IMG/VR virus record: IMGVR_UViG_3300002835_000007
Span: 25,748 to 89,747 of that record
Length of the DNA: 64,000 nt
Reading direction: 5' to 3' (one strand)
Source: a virus
In this document: piece after piece, positions 37,227 through 47,177 of the stretch
Layout of the letters: each line of letters starts with the position of its first letter
Position numbering within the stretch: position 1 is the stretch's first letter
Program-made: the position numbers and the translations under genes
Notes under the pieces: generated by a model
The model's database searches: none
Seen by the model: the letters and a program-made list of their open reading frames with translations, nothing else
Told to the model about the DNA's origin: nothing

Positions 37227-37748
37227 ATGAAGTTAACATTATTAATGATATTACTATCATTCACATTATTTGGTCAAGATTCTATTGAAGTTGTAGAAAG
37301 AACTTATTTAGATAAAAACACATTAACTTTTAGTGATTTTAAAGGTTGTGACTCTAATCAAACAATTAGAGTTGTTTATGATTATGATATATCAACTGCT
37401 GTTTCTTCTATTTTATCTGAAAGATATAAAAAATTTGAAGTCTTTCATGAAGATATCGTTGAAGGTAACTATTATTTTATTAAACGAGCAGCAATTGATT
37501 CTAATAAAAATGTTTTAGCTATAAACATATTCTCAAATGGTCTTGAAGATTTTATTCAATACGTTATATGTAATGTTGAAAGCGATAATGAAATCATGAC
37601 TGATTTGCTAAGACGCAGAACAAAAAAGATTTATGTTAATTACTTTCAAGTGATATCGAAAAACAATGAGCAAAGTGAGTTTGTTGCTGTTACTATTGAA
37701 AGAAGAATGTCAATAGAAAAGTATTTACTGTTTAATAAAAAAGAATGA
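37227..37748 (+). CDS. secreted hypothetical protein
   Basis: 173 aa; signal peptide (MKLTLLMILLSFTLFGQ). Confidence 0.45.
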   Translation: MKLTLLMILLSFTLFGQDSIEVVERTYLDKNTLTFSDFKGCDSNQTIRVVYDYDISTAVSSILSERYKKFEVFHEDIVEGNYYFIKRAAIDSNKNVLAINIFSNGLEDFIQYVICNVESDNEIMTDLLRRRTKKIYVNYFQVISKNNEQSEFVAVTIERRMSIEKYLLFNKKE

Positions 37749-37948
37749 ATATGATATTAGTTTGGACACTTAGAATTATAACTTTTATATTAGGTATAGT
37801 ACCTCTTATATTAGCAATACCAGCTGGATTGTTATATGTAATCTCAGAAGGTTTAGAGGATTATCTTTACTTTAAGGAGATTAAAGATAAAGATAGATTT
37901 CAAAAAGAAATGTTAGATAACATAAAAGAAAAATCAAAAAACCTATGA
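37745..37948 (+). CDS. small membrane protein
   Basis: 67 aa with a TM helix. Confidence 0.4.
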   Translation: MNMILVWTLRIITFILGIVPLILAIPAGLLYVISEGLEDYLYFKEIKDKDRFQKEMLDNIKEKSKNL

Positions 37949-38622
37949 AGTGGTTAATTGTGTTTTTATTATTGGTTAGTTTTAAAAGTGTTGGTCAGAC
38001 TTATAATTTGAGCAACACTTTAGGTTTTAACTATACCGATAATCAAGTTAAAGCTTATTCTGGTTCTTTCATTTCATCTAATGGTTATGAAAAAAAATGG
38101 TTTTCTATTAATAATTCATTGAATGAAAACATTACATACGTAGGTAAAATAACACAACATGAATTCGCTAATAAACTAACGTTGGCTTTATCACAAGGAA
38201 AACATAGTGCGTTCATTAACTATCAGACAAACTATTCGTTGACCAGAAATTTAAACATGGATAACTTATTAGGGATTGGTTATGGCAGACGTGATTCTAT
38301 TGGTTCATTTAAAATAAGATATTCATATGGTGTGTTGTATCAAAAGATAAACAATACTGGTGCAACATATCTTAGACATTCAGTTAGGTTGAAGTTAAAT
38401 CACACTATAAATAAGTTTACACTATCTTCTGAATACTACTACCAACCATATATTATGAATATTAGAAACACAACACTATATGGTACTACTACTATTAGTT
38501 ACAAACTTAAATACATTTCAATTAGTATTGTTGACGTATTGAATGTTTTTACCATATCTAATATTAAAACAATTCACTCCTTATCCATAGGTTTAAGTTA
38601 TCAAACAAATTTTACAAAATAG
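37945..38622 (+). CDS. secreted beta-rich protein (possible outer-membrane beta-barrel)
   Basis: 225 aa; signal peptide (MKWLIVFLLLVSFKSVGQ), alternating amphipathic Tyr/Ser/Thr-rich segments, and an aromatic C-terminus. Confidence 0.4.
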   Translation: MKWLIVFLLLVSFKSVGQTYNLSNTLGFNYTDNQVKAYSGSFISSNGYEKKWFSINNSLNENITYVGKITQHEFANKLTLALSQGKHSAFINYQTNYSLTRNLNMDNLLGIGYGRRDSIGSFKIRYSYGVLYQKINNTGATYLRHSVRLKLNHTINKFTLSSEYYYQPYIMNIRNTTLYGTTTISYKLKYISISIVDVLNVFTISNIKTIHSLSIGLSYQTNFTK

Positions 38623-38626
38623 CGTT

Positions 38627-39271
38627 ATGATTAAACAAGAATGTACTTTTTATCCAGAAACTTATAACATAAAAAGTTATAAAGAGTTTAATGATGATAA
38701 TCTTATTGTTCATACGGAATACGATGAAGATAACAATAAGGTTTACATGGAATTTAACTACCCAGATAAACCAACTGAATGGATGAGAAGAAAATTTAAA
38801 GAAGGTACTAAAAACGAAAATGGTGAAATAGTATTTTATGAGGATAATAAAGGTATATTCAAACATGTCTATTATGAAAAAGATGTTAGAATATCTGTTA
38901 AAAATGGTTTTGATACTATCAATAGACTTAATTACACTAAGAGAATTGAAACCGTAGATGTAAGTATCAATGGCGAAGATTTAAATATTAAATTTCAAGC
39001 AATACTTGAAATAGATAAAGATTATTTATTTTATACTAATAGATATGAGCACCACTCTACTTATATGTCAATAGAGTACAATAGTGGTTATTTTGAAGAA
39101 ATATATTATAAAGACTTACATAATAATAAAACAATAATACATTCTGATTTATTATATGACTTATTTAATTATAAATGGATATTGGATAAGTATAGAATTG
39201 TTCTGCATTCTAACAATTATAGAAAAGATAATTATTTTTCTAGAGAAAATAACCGATTGTACTTGTATTAA
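38627..39271 (+). CDS. hypothetical protein, paralogue of 35648..35998 and 50953..51330
   Basis: 214 aa; MIKQECTFYPETYNIKSYKEFNDDNLIV... Confidence 0.45.
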   Translation: MIKQECTFYPETYNIKSYKEFNDDNLIVHTEYDEDNNKVYMEFNYPDKPTEWMRRKFKEGTKNENGEIVFYEDNKGIFKHVYYEKDVRISVKNGFDTINRLNYTKRIETVDVSINGEDLNIKFQAILEIDKDYLFYTNRYEHHSTYMSIEYNSGYFEEIYYKDLHNNKTIIHSDLLYDLFNYKWILDKYRIVLHSNNYRKDNYFSRENNRLYLY

Positions 39272-39310
39272 TTACTATTATTTTGTACATTTGTAGAAAC
39301 AATTAAAAAT

Positions 39311-39538
39311 ATGGAATCATTTAACCAATACATGAAAGACTTTTTACTTATGCAGCAAAAAGCAATGGGGTTTATGTATGAAAATACACCAACTCCAGTA
39401 TCGATTACAAAAGATTTTGATAAATTCGTTAAAAACAGCATAGAGTTTCATCTTGCTGCACAAGATTATCACAAATCAATAGTTAAAATGTTAGAATCTA
39501 TGAAAAATATATCTGACATTTACAAAATAAAACCTTAA
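39311..39538 (+). CDS. hypothetical protein
   Basis: 75 aa ORF with its own promoter. Confidence 0.4.
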   Translation: MESFNQYMKDFLLMQQKAMGFMYENTPTPVSITKDFDKFVKNSIEFHLAAQDYHKSIVKMLESMKNISDIYKIKP

Positions 39539-39549
39539 TACTTAGTATC

Positions 39550-39945
39550 ATGTTAGAAATATTACTTATGGATGATGAACTCACTAGCAGAATAGCTAGG
39601 CTCATCATACACGCAGAAGCAAATCCGTTTGATTTTGACACAATGAAACATGCGTCTGAAAACAGATTACCTATTATACCAGAAGGTTGTGATGATTTTG
39701 AAATATTATTACCATTAGATATTAGAGTTGTCTATACAGTGGAAGAACATCCAAAAGGTGTTTGTAAACACATATCTATATCACAAGATATGGACAGCCC
39801 AAGTAATGGTAATTTGTTAGTTATTTTAAATCATTTTGGGTTTAATACTAATTTAAAAGATAGCAAAGCTTATGCTTACATTGAAAACTGTATTGTTAAT
39901 GGTGTGAAGTGTAAAGCAGTTAATGTAATTGAAAACTTATATTAA
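39550..39945 (+). CDS. hypothetical protein
   Basis: 131 aa ORF. Confidence 0.45.
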   Translation: MLEILLMDDELTSRIARLIIHAEANPFDFDTMKHASENRLPIIPEGCDDFEILLPLDIRVVYTVEEHPKGVCKHISISQDMDSPSNGNLLVILNHFGFNTNLKDSKAYAYIENCIVNGVKCKAVNVIENLY

Positions 39946-39946
39946 T

Positions 39947-40504
39947 ATGGATGATATATTAAAAGAAATTTATAATTTTTCTAGTCAAAAATGTATTAAT
40001 AATACGTTATTCGATTATGGTATTGTTGGGAGTGAAGGGTATGGCGAAACTGGGTATAAATCTTTTAATATAATCATTGATAACTATAAAGAATATTTTA
40101 ATGAAGATACCGTTTTTTATGATTTAGGTTCTGGTTTGGGGAAATTAGTTTTCCATGTAGGAATCATGTGCAATGCTAAAAAATCATGCGGCATTGAATA
40201 TAGTGAAAGACGATATCAACATTCAATTAATACTTTAAACCAATATAAGTTTGATAATATAAGTTTTATTAATGACAATTTTATAAACGTTGATATATCT
40301 GATGCGACAGTAATTTATTTAGATAACACTTTGTTTCCAACACATATTGATGAACAAATTTATAATAAAATACCTAAAGATTGTATTGTATTTTCAAGAA
40401 AAATGTTTAAGCAATCAAAATTAAATGGTGAATTAATCAGAAAAAGAATAGCAGCAATTACTGAATATTGTACTATTGATGTTTACACAATGATAAAAAA
40501 ATAA
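39947..40504 (+). CDS. class I SAM-dependent methyltransferase-like protein
   Basis: Track start 39929 is a TTG; ATG at 39947. SAM motif I VFYDLGSGLGKLV. Confidence 0.5.
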   Translation: MDDILKEIYNFSSQKCINNTLFDYGIVGSEGYGETGYKSFNIIIDNYKEYFNEDTVFYDLGSGLGKLVFHVGIMCNAKKSCGIEYSERRYQHSINTLNQYKFDNISFINDNFINVDISDATVIYLDNTLFPTHIDEQIYNKIPKDCIVFSRKMFKQSKLNGELIRKRIAAITEYCTIDVYTMIKK

Positions 40505-40505
40505 T

Positions 40506-40670
40506 ATGAAACAACCTTGTAAATTTGACCATAATGGTGAATGTTTAATTTGTGATAATTGGATTAGTGATTGTGCCTATATTCGTATGCTGAATAAAGA
40601 TTACAAATACGAAACAAAAGAAGAATTAGAAGAAATGTTTAAAGATGAATTAGATGAAGAGAGTTTATGA
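40506..40670 (+). CDS. small Cys-containing protein (54 aa, below track threshold)
   Basis: MKQPCKFDHNGECLICDNWISDCAY...; fills the gap between 40504 and the next gene and overlaps the 40654 ORF by 17 nt. Confidence 0.3.
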   Translation: MKQPCKFDHNGECLICDNWISDCAYIRMLNKDYKYETKEELEEMFKDELDEESL

Positions 40671-41163
40671 ATATTTCAGTACTTATAAAACTGAAGACAC
40701 TTTAAAAAGACATGGCAGAGTAACACAACTTGATATTGATTTTATAGATAGTTTAGAATTAATTGACTTACACTACGATGGAGAAAAATATACTTGGAAA
40801 GATGAAGCAACAAACATATATAGTACGACTATAATTGTTTGCACCGAAGATGAGTTAAATAGAATAAAACAAATTGATTTTAACTTACATCATGATGCAG
40901 AAGGATATTCAAAAGTATCTGAAGTTACTGAAGAAGTATTGATGGGAATATATAATTACGATAAGTTTGGTTTTGCCAGAGAAAACGTAATGATTATGCT
41001 GCATGGTTGGAGAAAGATTTATCTAGAAGAAGATGATGTGTTGGATAAAATAAGCAGATATGGTGCTGACTCATTAACACAACAAGAAAAAGATTTTTTG
41101 GAAACTGGTGTATTAAATAATCCTTTTTTATACGAAATTATTGAAGATGATTTGGAAGATTAA
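40654..41163 (+). CDS. hypothetical protein
   Basis: 169 aa ORF. Confidence 0.45.
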   Translation: MKRVYEYFSTYKTEDTLKRHGRVTQLDIDFIDSLELIDLHYDGEKYTWKDEATNIYSTTIIVCTEDELNRIKQIDFNLHHDAEGYSKVSEVTEEVLMGIYNYDKFGFARENVMIMLHGWRKIYLEEDDVLDKISRYGADSLTQQEKDFLETGVLNNPFLYEIIEDDLED

Positions 41164-41182
41164 AATATTCTTCTTACATTTG
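41151..41182 (+). promoter_or_regulatory. Bacteroidota-type promoter (TTTG / 20 nt / TACATTTG)
   Basis: TTTG 41151-41154; TACATTTG 41175-41182; ATG 41202. Confidence 0.55.
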
Positions 41183-41201
41183 TAATATAAATTTAAAAAC
41201 T

Positions 41202-41417
41202 ATGGGAATAATAATTTTTGCAGCATTGATAATAACAATAGTTAATATCTTTAATACTAAAGAACTAACAGATGTTTTAAGTGAAACTATGTTTGATAAT
41301 AAAACATTTTATAGAATATGTCTTATACCTCCAATCGGTCTTATCACATATTGTATATTTATTATACTAATACTTATAGTGTCTTTAGTAGAAACCATTA
41401 TAAATATTTGGAAGTAA
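41202..41417 (+). CDS. small membrane protein
   Basis: 71 aa; two TM helices. Confidence 0.4.
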   Translation: MGIIIFAALIITIVNIFNTKELTDVLSETMFDNKTFYRICLIPPIGLITYCIFIILILIVSLVETIINIWK

Positions 41418-41532
41418 TATGAAACATAAAATATATGGTATAATAGGTGACATCCTAATTATAACTGGCGGCATCATGATTGGTATCGGACTTATTTCTG
41501 TGATAATGCTTTGGAAGATTAAATAAAACTGT

Positions 41533-42162
41533 ATGAAACTACTAAAAGACAATAACGAATATAGTCTTATCAATATTGATAGATTTTTAGTTGCAACCAC
41601 AGATAAAACTATATTAAAAACATCACCAGAGAAGTACAAACTTTCCAAAACTCAATGCGATGAAATCTTTGAGTTTGTTGATATTGAAAAACTAGGTGAA
41701 GAACTGGCATGGAAAATATCAAACAAAACCAATCATGGGTTATCAAGGTTTAATATAATTAGGTCGTCATTTATCAATGGCTACCATAATTGTCAAGAAG
41801 TGCAAGGGTTTAAATTTAAAGCCTCTGACATGATTGAATTTGCTGCTTGGATGAACAAGTTAACTCCAGCTCAAAAAGTCTCTGTATGGTCAAAAAATGG
41901 TGAGCATAAAGGGTTGTTCACAATGGATGAAGAACAACTATTTGAAAAATGGTTGCATGAAAAAAGCGAGATAAGAGTTAAGTATGAATTAGACTTGGAT
42001 GCACCTTGTCCTACATGTGGTGAATCAGAAAATCTACATGGTAACTATGATTATGCTCAGAAAGATAGACCATTAATAGAAACATTGTGTAACGAATGTG
42101 GAAACATATATGCTACACCATTGTTAGATAAAAACGGATGTATAACATTGATAAAACTATGA
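41533..42162 (+). CDS. hypothetical protein with C-terminal Cys4 zinc-ribbon-like motif
   Basis: 209 aa; CPTCGES...CNECGN. Confidence 0.45.
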   Translation: MKLLKDNNEYSLINIDRFLVATTDKTILKTSPEKYKLSKTQCDEIFEFVDIEKLGEELAWKISNKTNHGLSRFNIIRSSFINGYHNCQEVQGFKFKASDMIEFAAWMNKLTPAQKVSVWSKNGEHKGLFTMDEEQLFEKWLHEKSEIRVKYELDLDAPCPTCGESENLHGNYDYAQKDRPLIETLCNECGNIYATPLLDKNGCITLIKL

Positions 42163-42434
42163 GTACTAATAAACGTGTAAAAGAAACTTTTGATAAGTTG
42201 GGTAAAGATTTGATTATATCTAAACAAGGGTGTGATACAAAGAAGATGTTGGAAGATATAAAAAACAAAGTAGAAATCAAAAAAGCTGTCGGTGAAATAA
42301 TTGATATGTTAACAGAAGATTCTATAATGGTTGATGCATGGTGGACTGATTTAACCGATGAACAAGAACAAGAAATTTATGGTAAATTGGAAGAAATAAT
42401 CACCAGAAGATTTGGTAAAATAAAAAATTATTAG
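42159..42434 (+). CDS. hypothetical protein
   Basis: Track start 42138 is inside the upstream gene. I prefer the ATG at 42159, which overlaps the upstream stop (ATGA). The start is uncertain. Confidence 0.4.
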   Translation: MSTNKRVKETFDKLGKDLIISKQGCDTKKMLEDIKNKVEIKKAVGEIIDMLTEDSIMVDAWWTDLTDEQEQEIYGKLEEIITRRFGKIKNY

Positions 42435-42457
42435 TACATTTATAAAAAATAAATATT

Positions 42458-42637
42458 ATGACAATAGAAATGGAAGAAGGGTTTGAATTAACCCAAGAGA
42501 TTAAAGATATGGCTAGAGGCTATGACGCATACTATAGGTATATTGATAACTATGGTCAGATGAAAGACGCTGAATACGAAAATGAGAGAATAATGAAAAC
42601 ATTAAGACCTCTAGGTGTCAAACGTATAACTCAATAA
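42458..42637 (+). CDS. small hypothetical protein (59 aa, below track threshold)
   Basis: Preceded by a TACATTTA promoter-like box at 42435-42442. MTIEMEEGFELTQEIKDMARGYDAYY... Confidence 0.3.
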   Translation: MTIEMEEGFELTQEIKDMARGYDAYYRYIDNYGQMKDAEYENERIMKTLRPLGVKRITQ

Positions 42638-42640
42638 GTC

Positions 42641-42877
42641 ATGACACCAGAAGAAGCAGATAAGCTCAATTTAGAAGCAGCATTAGAAAATGGAGATGCT
42701 TTAGCTTTTCCATTTATTTCTAAATATGAAAGCCAAGAAGGTTTAACTAAAAGAGAATATATGGCAACTCAATTAATGTCTGGTTTGCTATCACATGGAC
42801 ATGATACTAGAACTGCTCTTGAGTATTCGGTAAAATCCGTTGATTTATTATTAGTTGAATTAAATAAAAATAAATAA
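42641..42877 (+). CDS. hypothetical protein
   Basis: 78 aa ORF. Confidence 0.4.
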   Translation: MTPEEADKLNLEAALENGDALAFPFISKYESQEGLTKREYMATQLMSGLLSHGHDTRTALEYSVKSVDLLLVELNKNK

Positions 42878-43027
42878 GATAGATGATAACTTATACTGAA
42901 GAAGATTTAATGAAAGCTATTAATCTTGCACAAGAACCAATCACTATGAAAGATAAAATTTGGGGGTTGCATAATGTGTATAGAACTATAGGTGAAATTA
43001 TTGAACAGATTAATTTAGAAAAAGAAA

Positions 43028-43492
43028 ATGAAGAAAATTGAATTAAATAATAGAACAATAGAAAATAAACAACTATATAATTTCTTTATGGTTGACCTTT
43101 TAATTGATGGCGAAACTATTGATACTGGCAACGCACCTAACGGTTCTTATTACTTCTGGAAAGACCTAGAAGAAGCAAGTCAAAAAGCTATGAAACGTCT
43201 TGAAGATAACAATGATGAAAAAATGAAAAGAACATTTCATGTTGGTGGGCTGCAATCAATTATGTTAACCAAAGAACAACGAGACACACAATTCAAAAAC
43301 TTTATGGTTAAACGCTATGATAACTTAGATATTGATAAATTAACTGGTATTATTAATCATGCAATCGATTCAATTGAACTGAAGGGACCAACTAATGGTG
43401 AACATCCAAATCCATTCCTTAAATTTAAATTGACAGATGATTTTATAAAAACAATCATTGCTAACGTTGTTTCAGAATATATTAAAGAATAA
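43028..43492 (+). CDS. hypothetical protein
   Basis: 154 aa ORF. Confidence 0.45.
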   Translation: MKKIELNNRTIENKQLYNFFMVDLLIDGETIDTGNAPNGSYYFWKDLEEASQKAMKRLEDNNDEKMKRTFHVGGLQSIMLTKEQRDTQFKNFMVKRYDNLDIDKLTGIINHAIDSIELKGPTNGEHPNPFLKFKLTDDFIKTIIANVVSEYIKE

Positions 43493-43494
43493 CT

Positions 43495-43677
43495 ATGATT
43501 ACATTAACTATCTTGTGTATCCTATACACATTCTTCGCTTTTAGAAGATTTAAAACTATTTATGGTACTTATGATATTTTTCATAAACCACCAAAAGTTT
43601 GGACGATTGCTTTGGTTTTGACAACTGCTTGGTCAATAAGTTCTGGTATTGTTTTTTGTTTAATTTATTTACCATAA
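43495..43677 (+). CDS. small membrane protein
   Basis: 60 aa; two TM helices; ends at the bidirectional terminator. Confidence 0.4.
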   Translation: MITLTILCILYTFFAFRRFKTIYGTYDIFHKPPKVWTIALVLTTAWSISSGIVFCLIYLP

Positions 43678-43710
43678 AAAAAAGTGGAGACTTAATCTCC
43701 ACTTTTTTTT
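43675..43710. terminator. bidirectional rho-independent terminator between convergent transcription units
   Basis: A8-GTGGAGACTTAATCTCCAC-T8; A-run on one side and T-run on the other; sits between the plus gene ending 43677 and the minus gene ending 43712. Confidence 0.9.
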
Positions 43711-43711
43711 A

Positions 43712-45151
43712 TTAGTTTAATTCAAATGGTTGGTTGCCAAAGGTCAATTCGACACCACCAATTCCATGTTTTAAATTCAGACCTAAAGATGATGAGTTTA
43801 TGTTTCTTATAATTTCGGTTGCATCTTCTTGGCTAACGCCAGTGATTGCAATTGTATCATTTGTTGGGTTATTAATCGTTACTTTATCTCTAATTTGACT
43901 AGACATTAATGCTTTATATAAATTAGGCAATTTGAAATATAAGTTTGAGTTTGTATTTATTTTAATTTTTAATACTTGATTACGTCTAGCTTCTTCAGCT
44001 CTTTGTCTAGCTTCTTCCTCTTCTCTTTCTATACGTCTTGCTTCTTCTCGTTCAGCTCTTTTTCTAGCCTCTTCTTCATCAGCAATTCTTTTTTCCTCTT
44101 TAGATTCTTCAGCTCTAAGTTTGTCATAAATACCAGATTCACTATAATATTTGAATTTAACAAAGTTCTTTAATAAAGGGTTTGTTGCAATTTGTTCATC
44201 ATAAGTTCTATTATATAGATTTTCCCTCATGGTACCTTCTCTTGCATCTATATCACGTGGATTTCTTTCTGCATTTCTAACTAAGTTTTCAGCATAAGTT
44301 GGTTCTCTGAAAACTTTATCACGTAATTTTGTTAAAATTCCTTTTGCGATATCATCTTCTAATGGATTTTCTACACCTAATGCTGCTATTTCTCGTTTTA
44401 CTTTTTCAGTTAAATTTCTTAATTTAAAATTATCATCAAACATACTTAAAAAAACAAATTCTGCTTTTGGACGCATACTTTGAAGTAAATCTCTTTTATC
44501 ACTATATTGACTTTGTTCATCATTAGTCATTTCATATTCACCGTATATGATATAATCTCTAAGTTTCTCGTAATAACTAGTTAATGTTTTTAAAATTCTT
44601 ACATAGTCTTTAACTTCTCTTTCAGCTAATTTACGGTCTGTAATTAAACGGTTTAATCTGTTGAAAGCTTCTTTTCTATCTCTATCGTTATCATCAGTTA
44701 TAGGTGATGAATATAACATAATAAGACGTTTACCATCATTATGTTTTTCATTAATAAATTCATTTATTGCATCACGATTAGTTGCCATTATTCTTGCAGC
44801 TTGACCACCATTTAAAGTAGGGTACATAGTAATATTAGGTCCATTAATACTAAAACTAATTTCTAAAGCATAATCGTTTTCACCCATATATTCGATACCA
44901 ACATCAGTTAATTTACCATCATGTTGAAAAGAATATCTTTCTTTAAGATATATTTTTAAAAATACATTTAATAAACCATATTGTTCTGTTTTTATTTCAT
45001 ATTTAACAGTTCTATAATCATCGCCTTCATGTGCAATAGTATAAGGTGCTGCTTGACCGATTTCTGTCATTAACATTCTTTCAAAAATGAAATATTGCTC
45101 CAACCTCAAATTAGCTTCACGTATATTTTTCTTTTTATCAAATCTTCTCAT
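43712..45151 (-). CDS. paralogue family protein, long form (479 aa) with ER/K-rich single-helix segment
   Basis: Minus-strand ORF. N-terminus MRRFDKKKNIREANLRLEQ is shared with three neighbours. Conserved core (GQAARIMATNRDAINEF...KRLIMLYSSPITDD), a C-terminal module (RENLYNRTYDEQIATNPLLKNFVKFK...SGIYDKL), then EEARKRAEREEARRIEREEEEARQRAEEARR. Confidence 0.7.
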   Translation of the reverse strand: MRRFDKKKNIREANLRLEQYFIFERMLMTEIGQAAPYTIAHEGDDYRTVKYEIKTEQYGLLNVFLKIYLKERYSFQHDGKLTDVGIEYMGENDYALEISFSINGPNITMYPTLNGGQAARIMATNRDAINEFINEKHNDGKRLIMLYSSPITDDNDRDRKEAFNRLNRLITDRKLAEREVKDYVRILKTLTSYYEKLRDYIIYGEYEMTNDEQSQYSDKRDLLQSMRPKAEFVFLSMFDDNFKLRNLTEKVKREIAALGVENPLEDDIAKGILTKLRDKVFREPTYAENLVRNAERNPRDIDAREGTMRENLYNRTYDEQIATNPLLKNFVKFKYYSESGIYDKLRAEESKEEKRIADEEEARKRAEREEARRIEREEEEARQRAEEARRNQVLKIKINTNSNLYFKLPNLYKALMSSQIRDKVTINNPTNDTIAITGVSQEDATEIIRNINSSSLGLNLKHGIGGVELTFGNQPFELN

Positions 45152-45170
45152 TGTTTTATATTAGTTTAAA

Positions 45171-46166
45171 TTAATTTATTTCTTCAATATTTTTTATTGT
45201 TTTATTATCATAATAAACAATAGCTTTATATGCCTTAAATAAATCATAACCAGTTTTCTCATTAAAATATTGAAAAAAGTTTTTAGCCTCAGTTGCTGTT
45301 ACAGATTTTAATAGGTATTCCATATATTCAATACTACCTTGTTGTTTAGGCTCTAATTTACCTTTTTGTACAAAGAAACTATCTTTATCTTCATCGAACA
45401 TTTTTATAAATGCATTGTAGAAATCTTCATCATCCAAATCCATTGAACCACGTTTTATCACGTGAATCATTAAATTTGCTTTTTTCTCATAATTTTTCAT
45501 TTCATCAGATAACAAATCAACATTAAAGATACCAGAAAGACTACGTATTCTAAATTTTTTAAAGTTATTCATTATTTTTGACCTTTTAATTTCAATATCA
45601 TAATATAAATTATAAAGTTTTTCTCTTAAATCAGTTTCTTTTTTACCACCAGTTACTGGATATGAATAAACCACTACTAATCTTTTACCTTCTTGAATAG
45701 TTTTTTCTACCACTTCTAAAATTGCTGCTCTTACAGTTGCCATAATAGAAAAAACTTTGTTAGTATTTAATTCTGGGAAAGAAACGTTACCACTTTCATC
45801 TTTAAAAACTCCAAATGAAATATAAACACCAAAGATATCATCTGGTAAATTTTCACCTTCAAAACCTAATTCTCTAATTAATGATTCAAAATCTGGGTCA
45901 AAACCAGAATACAAACTCTTTGCTTTAATACTAATAGATACAAACATGTTCCACTCTGTTGATGGGTCTTCATCAGTTATCTCATTTTCATCTTTTGGTA
46001 CTTTAAAACCAACTCTATGACCCATACTGCCCCAATCACTTACCACTTCATATGGATACCCTTTTGAATCTGCGATTTCATTCAAGGTTATCATTTCAAA
46101 TAAACGGTCTTGTTCCAATCTTAAATTGGCTTCATGTATAATTTTCTTTTTATCAAATCTTCTCAT
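45171..46166 (-). CDS. paralogue family protein, short form (331 aa)
   Basis: MRRFDKKKIIHEANLRLEQ...; core KVFSIMATVRAAILEVVEKTIQEGKRLVVVYSYPVTGG; module REKLYNLYYDIEIKRSKIMNNFKKF...SGIFNVDLL. Confidence 0.7.
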   Translation of the reverse strand: MRRFDKKKIIHEANLRLEQDRLFEMITLNEIADSKGYPYEVVSDWGSMGHRVGFKVPKDENEITDEDPSTEWNMFVSISIKAKSLYSGFDPDFESLIRELGFEGENLPDDIFGVYISFGVFKDESGNVSFPELNTNKVFSIMATVRAAILEVVEKTIQEGKRLVVVYSYPVTGGKKETDLREKLYNLYYDIEIKRSKIMNNFKKFRIRSLSGIFNVDLLSDEMKNYEKKANLMIHVIKRGSMDLDDEDFYNAFIKMFDEDKDSFFVQKGKLEPKQQGSIEYMEYLLKSVTATEAKNFFQYFNEKTGYDLFKAYKAIVYYDNKTIKNIEEIN

Positions 46167-46172
46167 ATTGTT

Positions 46173-47168
46173 TTAATTATTTAAATAAGGGTCATTTACA
46201 TCAGAAATAATTTTATTACCATGTTTTATTTCAACTCCATTATTAACATCACTTTTAAGTTCTGCATTAAATTTTTCTCTAAATTTATTTAAAAATGTTT
46301 TAACACTTTCTTTTGATAACATTCTTATACTAGAATAGATGTATGTTCTACCATTAACTTCAGAAAAGTTTACATTCAAATTTGGATAAGTATTGTTATC
46401 ATTTAACACATCTAAATATTTCCAAAATTTATTATATAATTCTTCATCACCATCTTTAAAAATTGTAACTTCAAAAGGTTTTGAATCCAATGTTTTAACA
46501 TTAGCATGAACACTATCATTAGGTTTTAATAAATCAGCATTATAAATCCCACTATACCCCCCATAATTGAATTTTTTGAATCGACTTAATATTTTTGACC
46601 TTTTAATTTCCATATCGAAATATGTATTATAAAGTTTTTCTCTTAAATAACCATCTTTACCACCAGATAATGGATATGACCATATTATTAATAATTGTTT
46701 ATTATCAGCAAGTTGTCTCAAAATAAATTCATTAATTGCTGCTTTTACAGTTCCCATAATAGACAAAACTCTTCTACCTTTTAATTCTGGGTAATGCGTA
46801 GTATCATATTCATCAATCACACCAAATGATACTTCAATACCAAATATGTTATTTGGTAAATTGTTAAACGTTTCAGTATCGTTATCGATTATTCTAAGTA
46901 TAAAGTTTTCAAGACCTAATTTATTTCTACCATCAACACTTATATACATATTCCATTCTGTTGACGGGTCTATAGCAGTTATCTCATTTTCATCTTTTGG
47001 TACTTTAAAACTTACTTTATATCCATTAGAACCCCAATCTTTTAATATTTCATATGGATATCCTTTTGAATCTGCGATTTCATTTAAGTCTATCATTTCA
47101 AATAAACGGTTAGCTTCTAATCTCAAGTTAGCTTCAAATATATTTTTCTTTTTATCAAATTTTCTCAT
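46173..47168 (-). CDS. paralogue family protein, short form (331 aa)
   Basis: MRKFDKKKNIFEANLRLEA...; core RVLSIMGTVKAAINEFILRQLADNKQLLIIWSYPLSGG; module REKLYNTYFDMEIKRSKILSRFKKF...SGIYNADLL. Confidence 0.7.
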   Translation of the reverse strand: MRKFDKKKNIFEANLRLEANRLFEMIDLNEIADSKGYPYEILKDWGSNGYKVSFKVPKDENEITAIDPSTEWNMYISVDGRNKLGLENFILRIIDNDTETFNNLPNNIFGIEVSFGVIDEYDTTHYPELKGRRVLSIMGTVKAAINEFILRQLADNKQLLIIWSYPLSGGKDGYLREKLYNTYFDMEIKRSKILSRFKKFNYGGYSGIYNADLLKPNDSVHANVKTLDSKPFEVTIFKDGDEELYNKFWKYLDVLNDNNTYPNLNVNFSEVNGRTYIYSSIRMLSKESVKTFLNKFREKFNAELKSDVNNGVEIKHGNKIISDVNDPYLNN

Positions 47169-47177
47169 TGTTTTATT

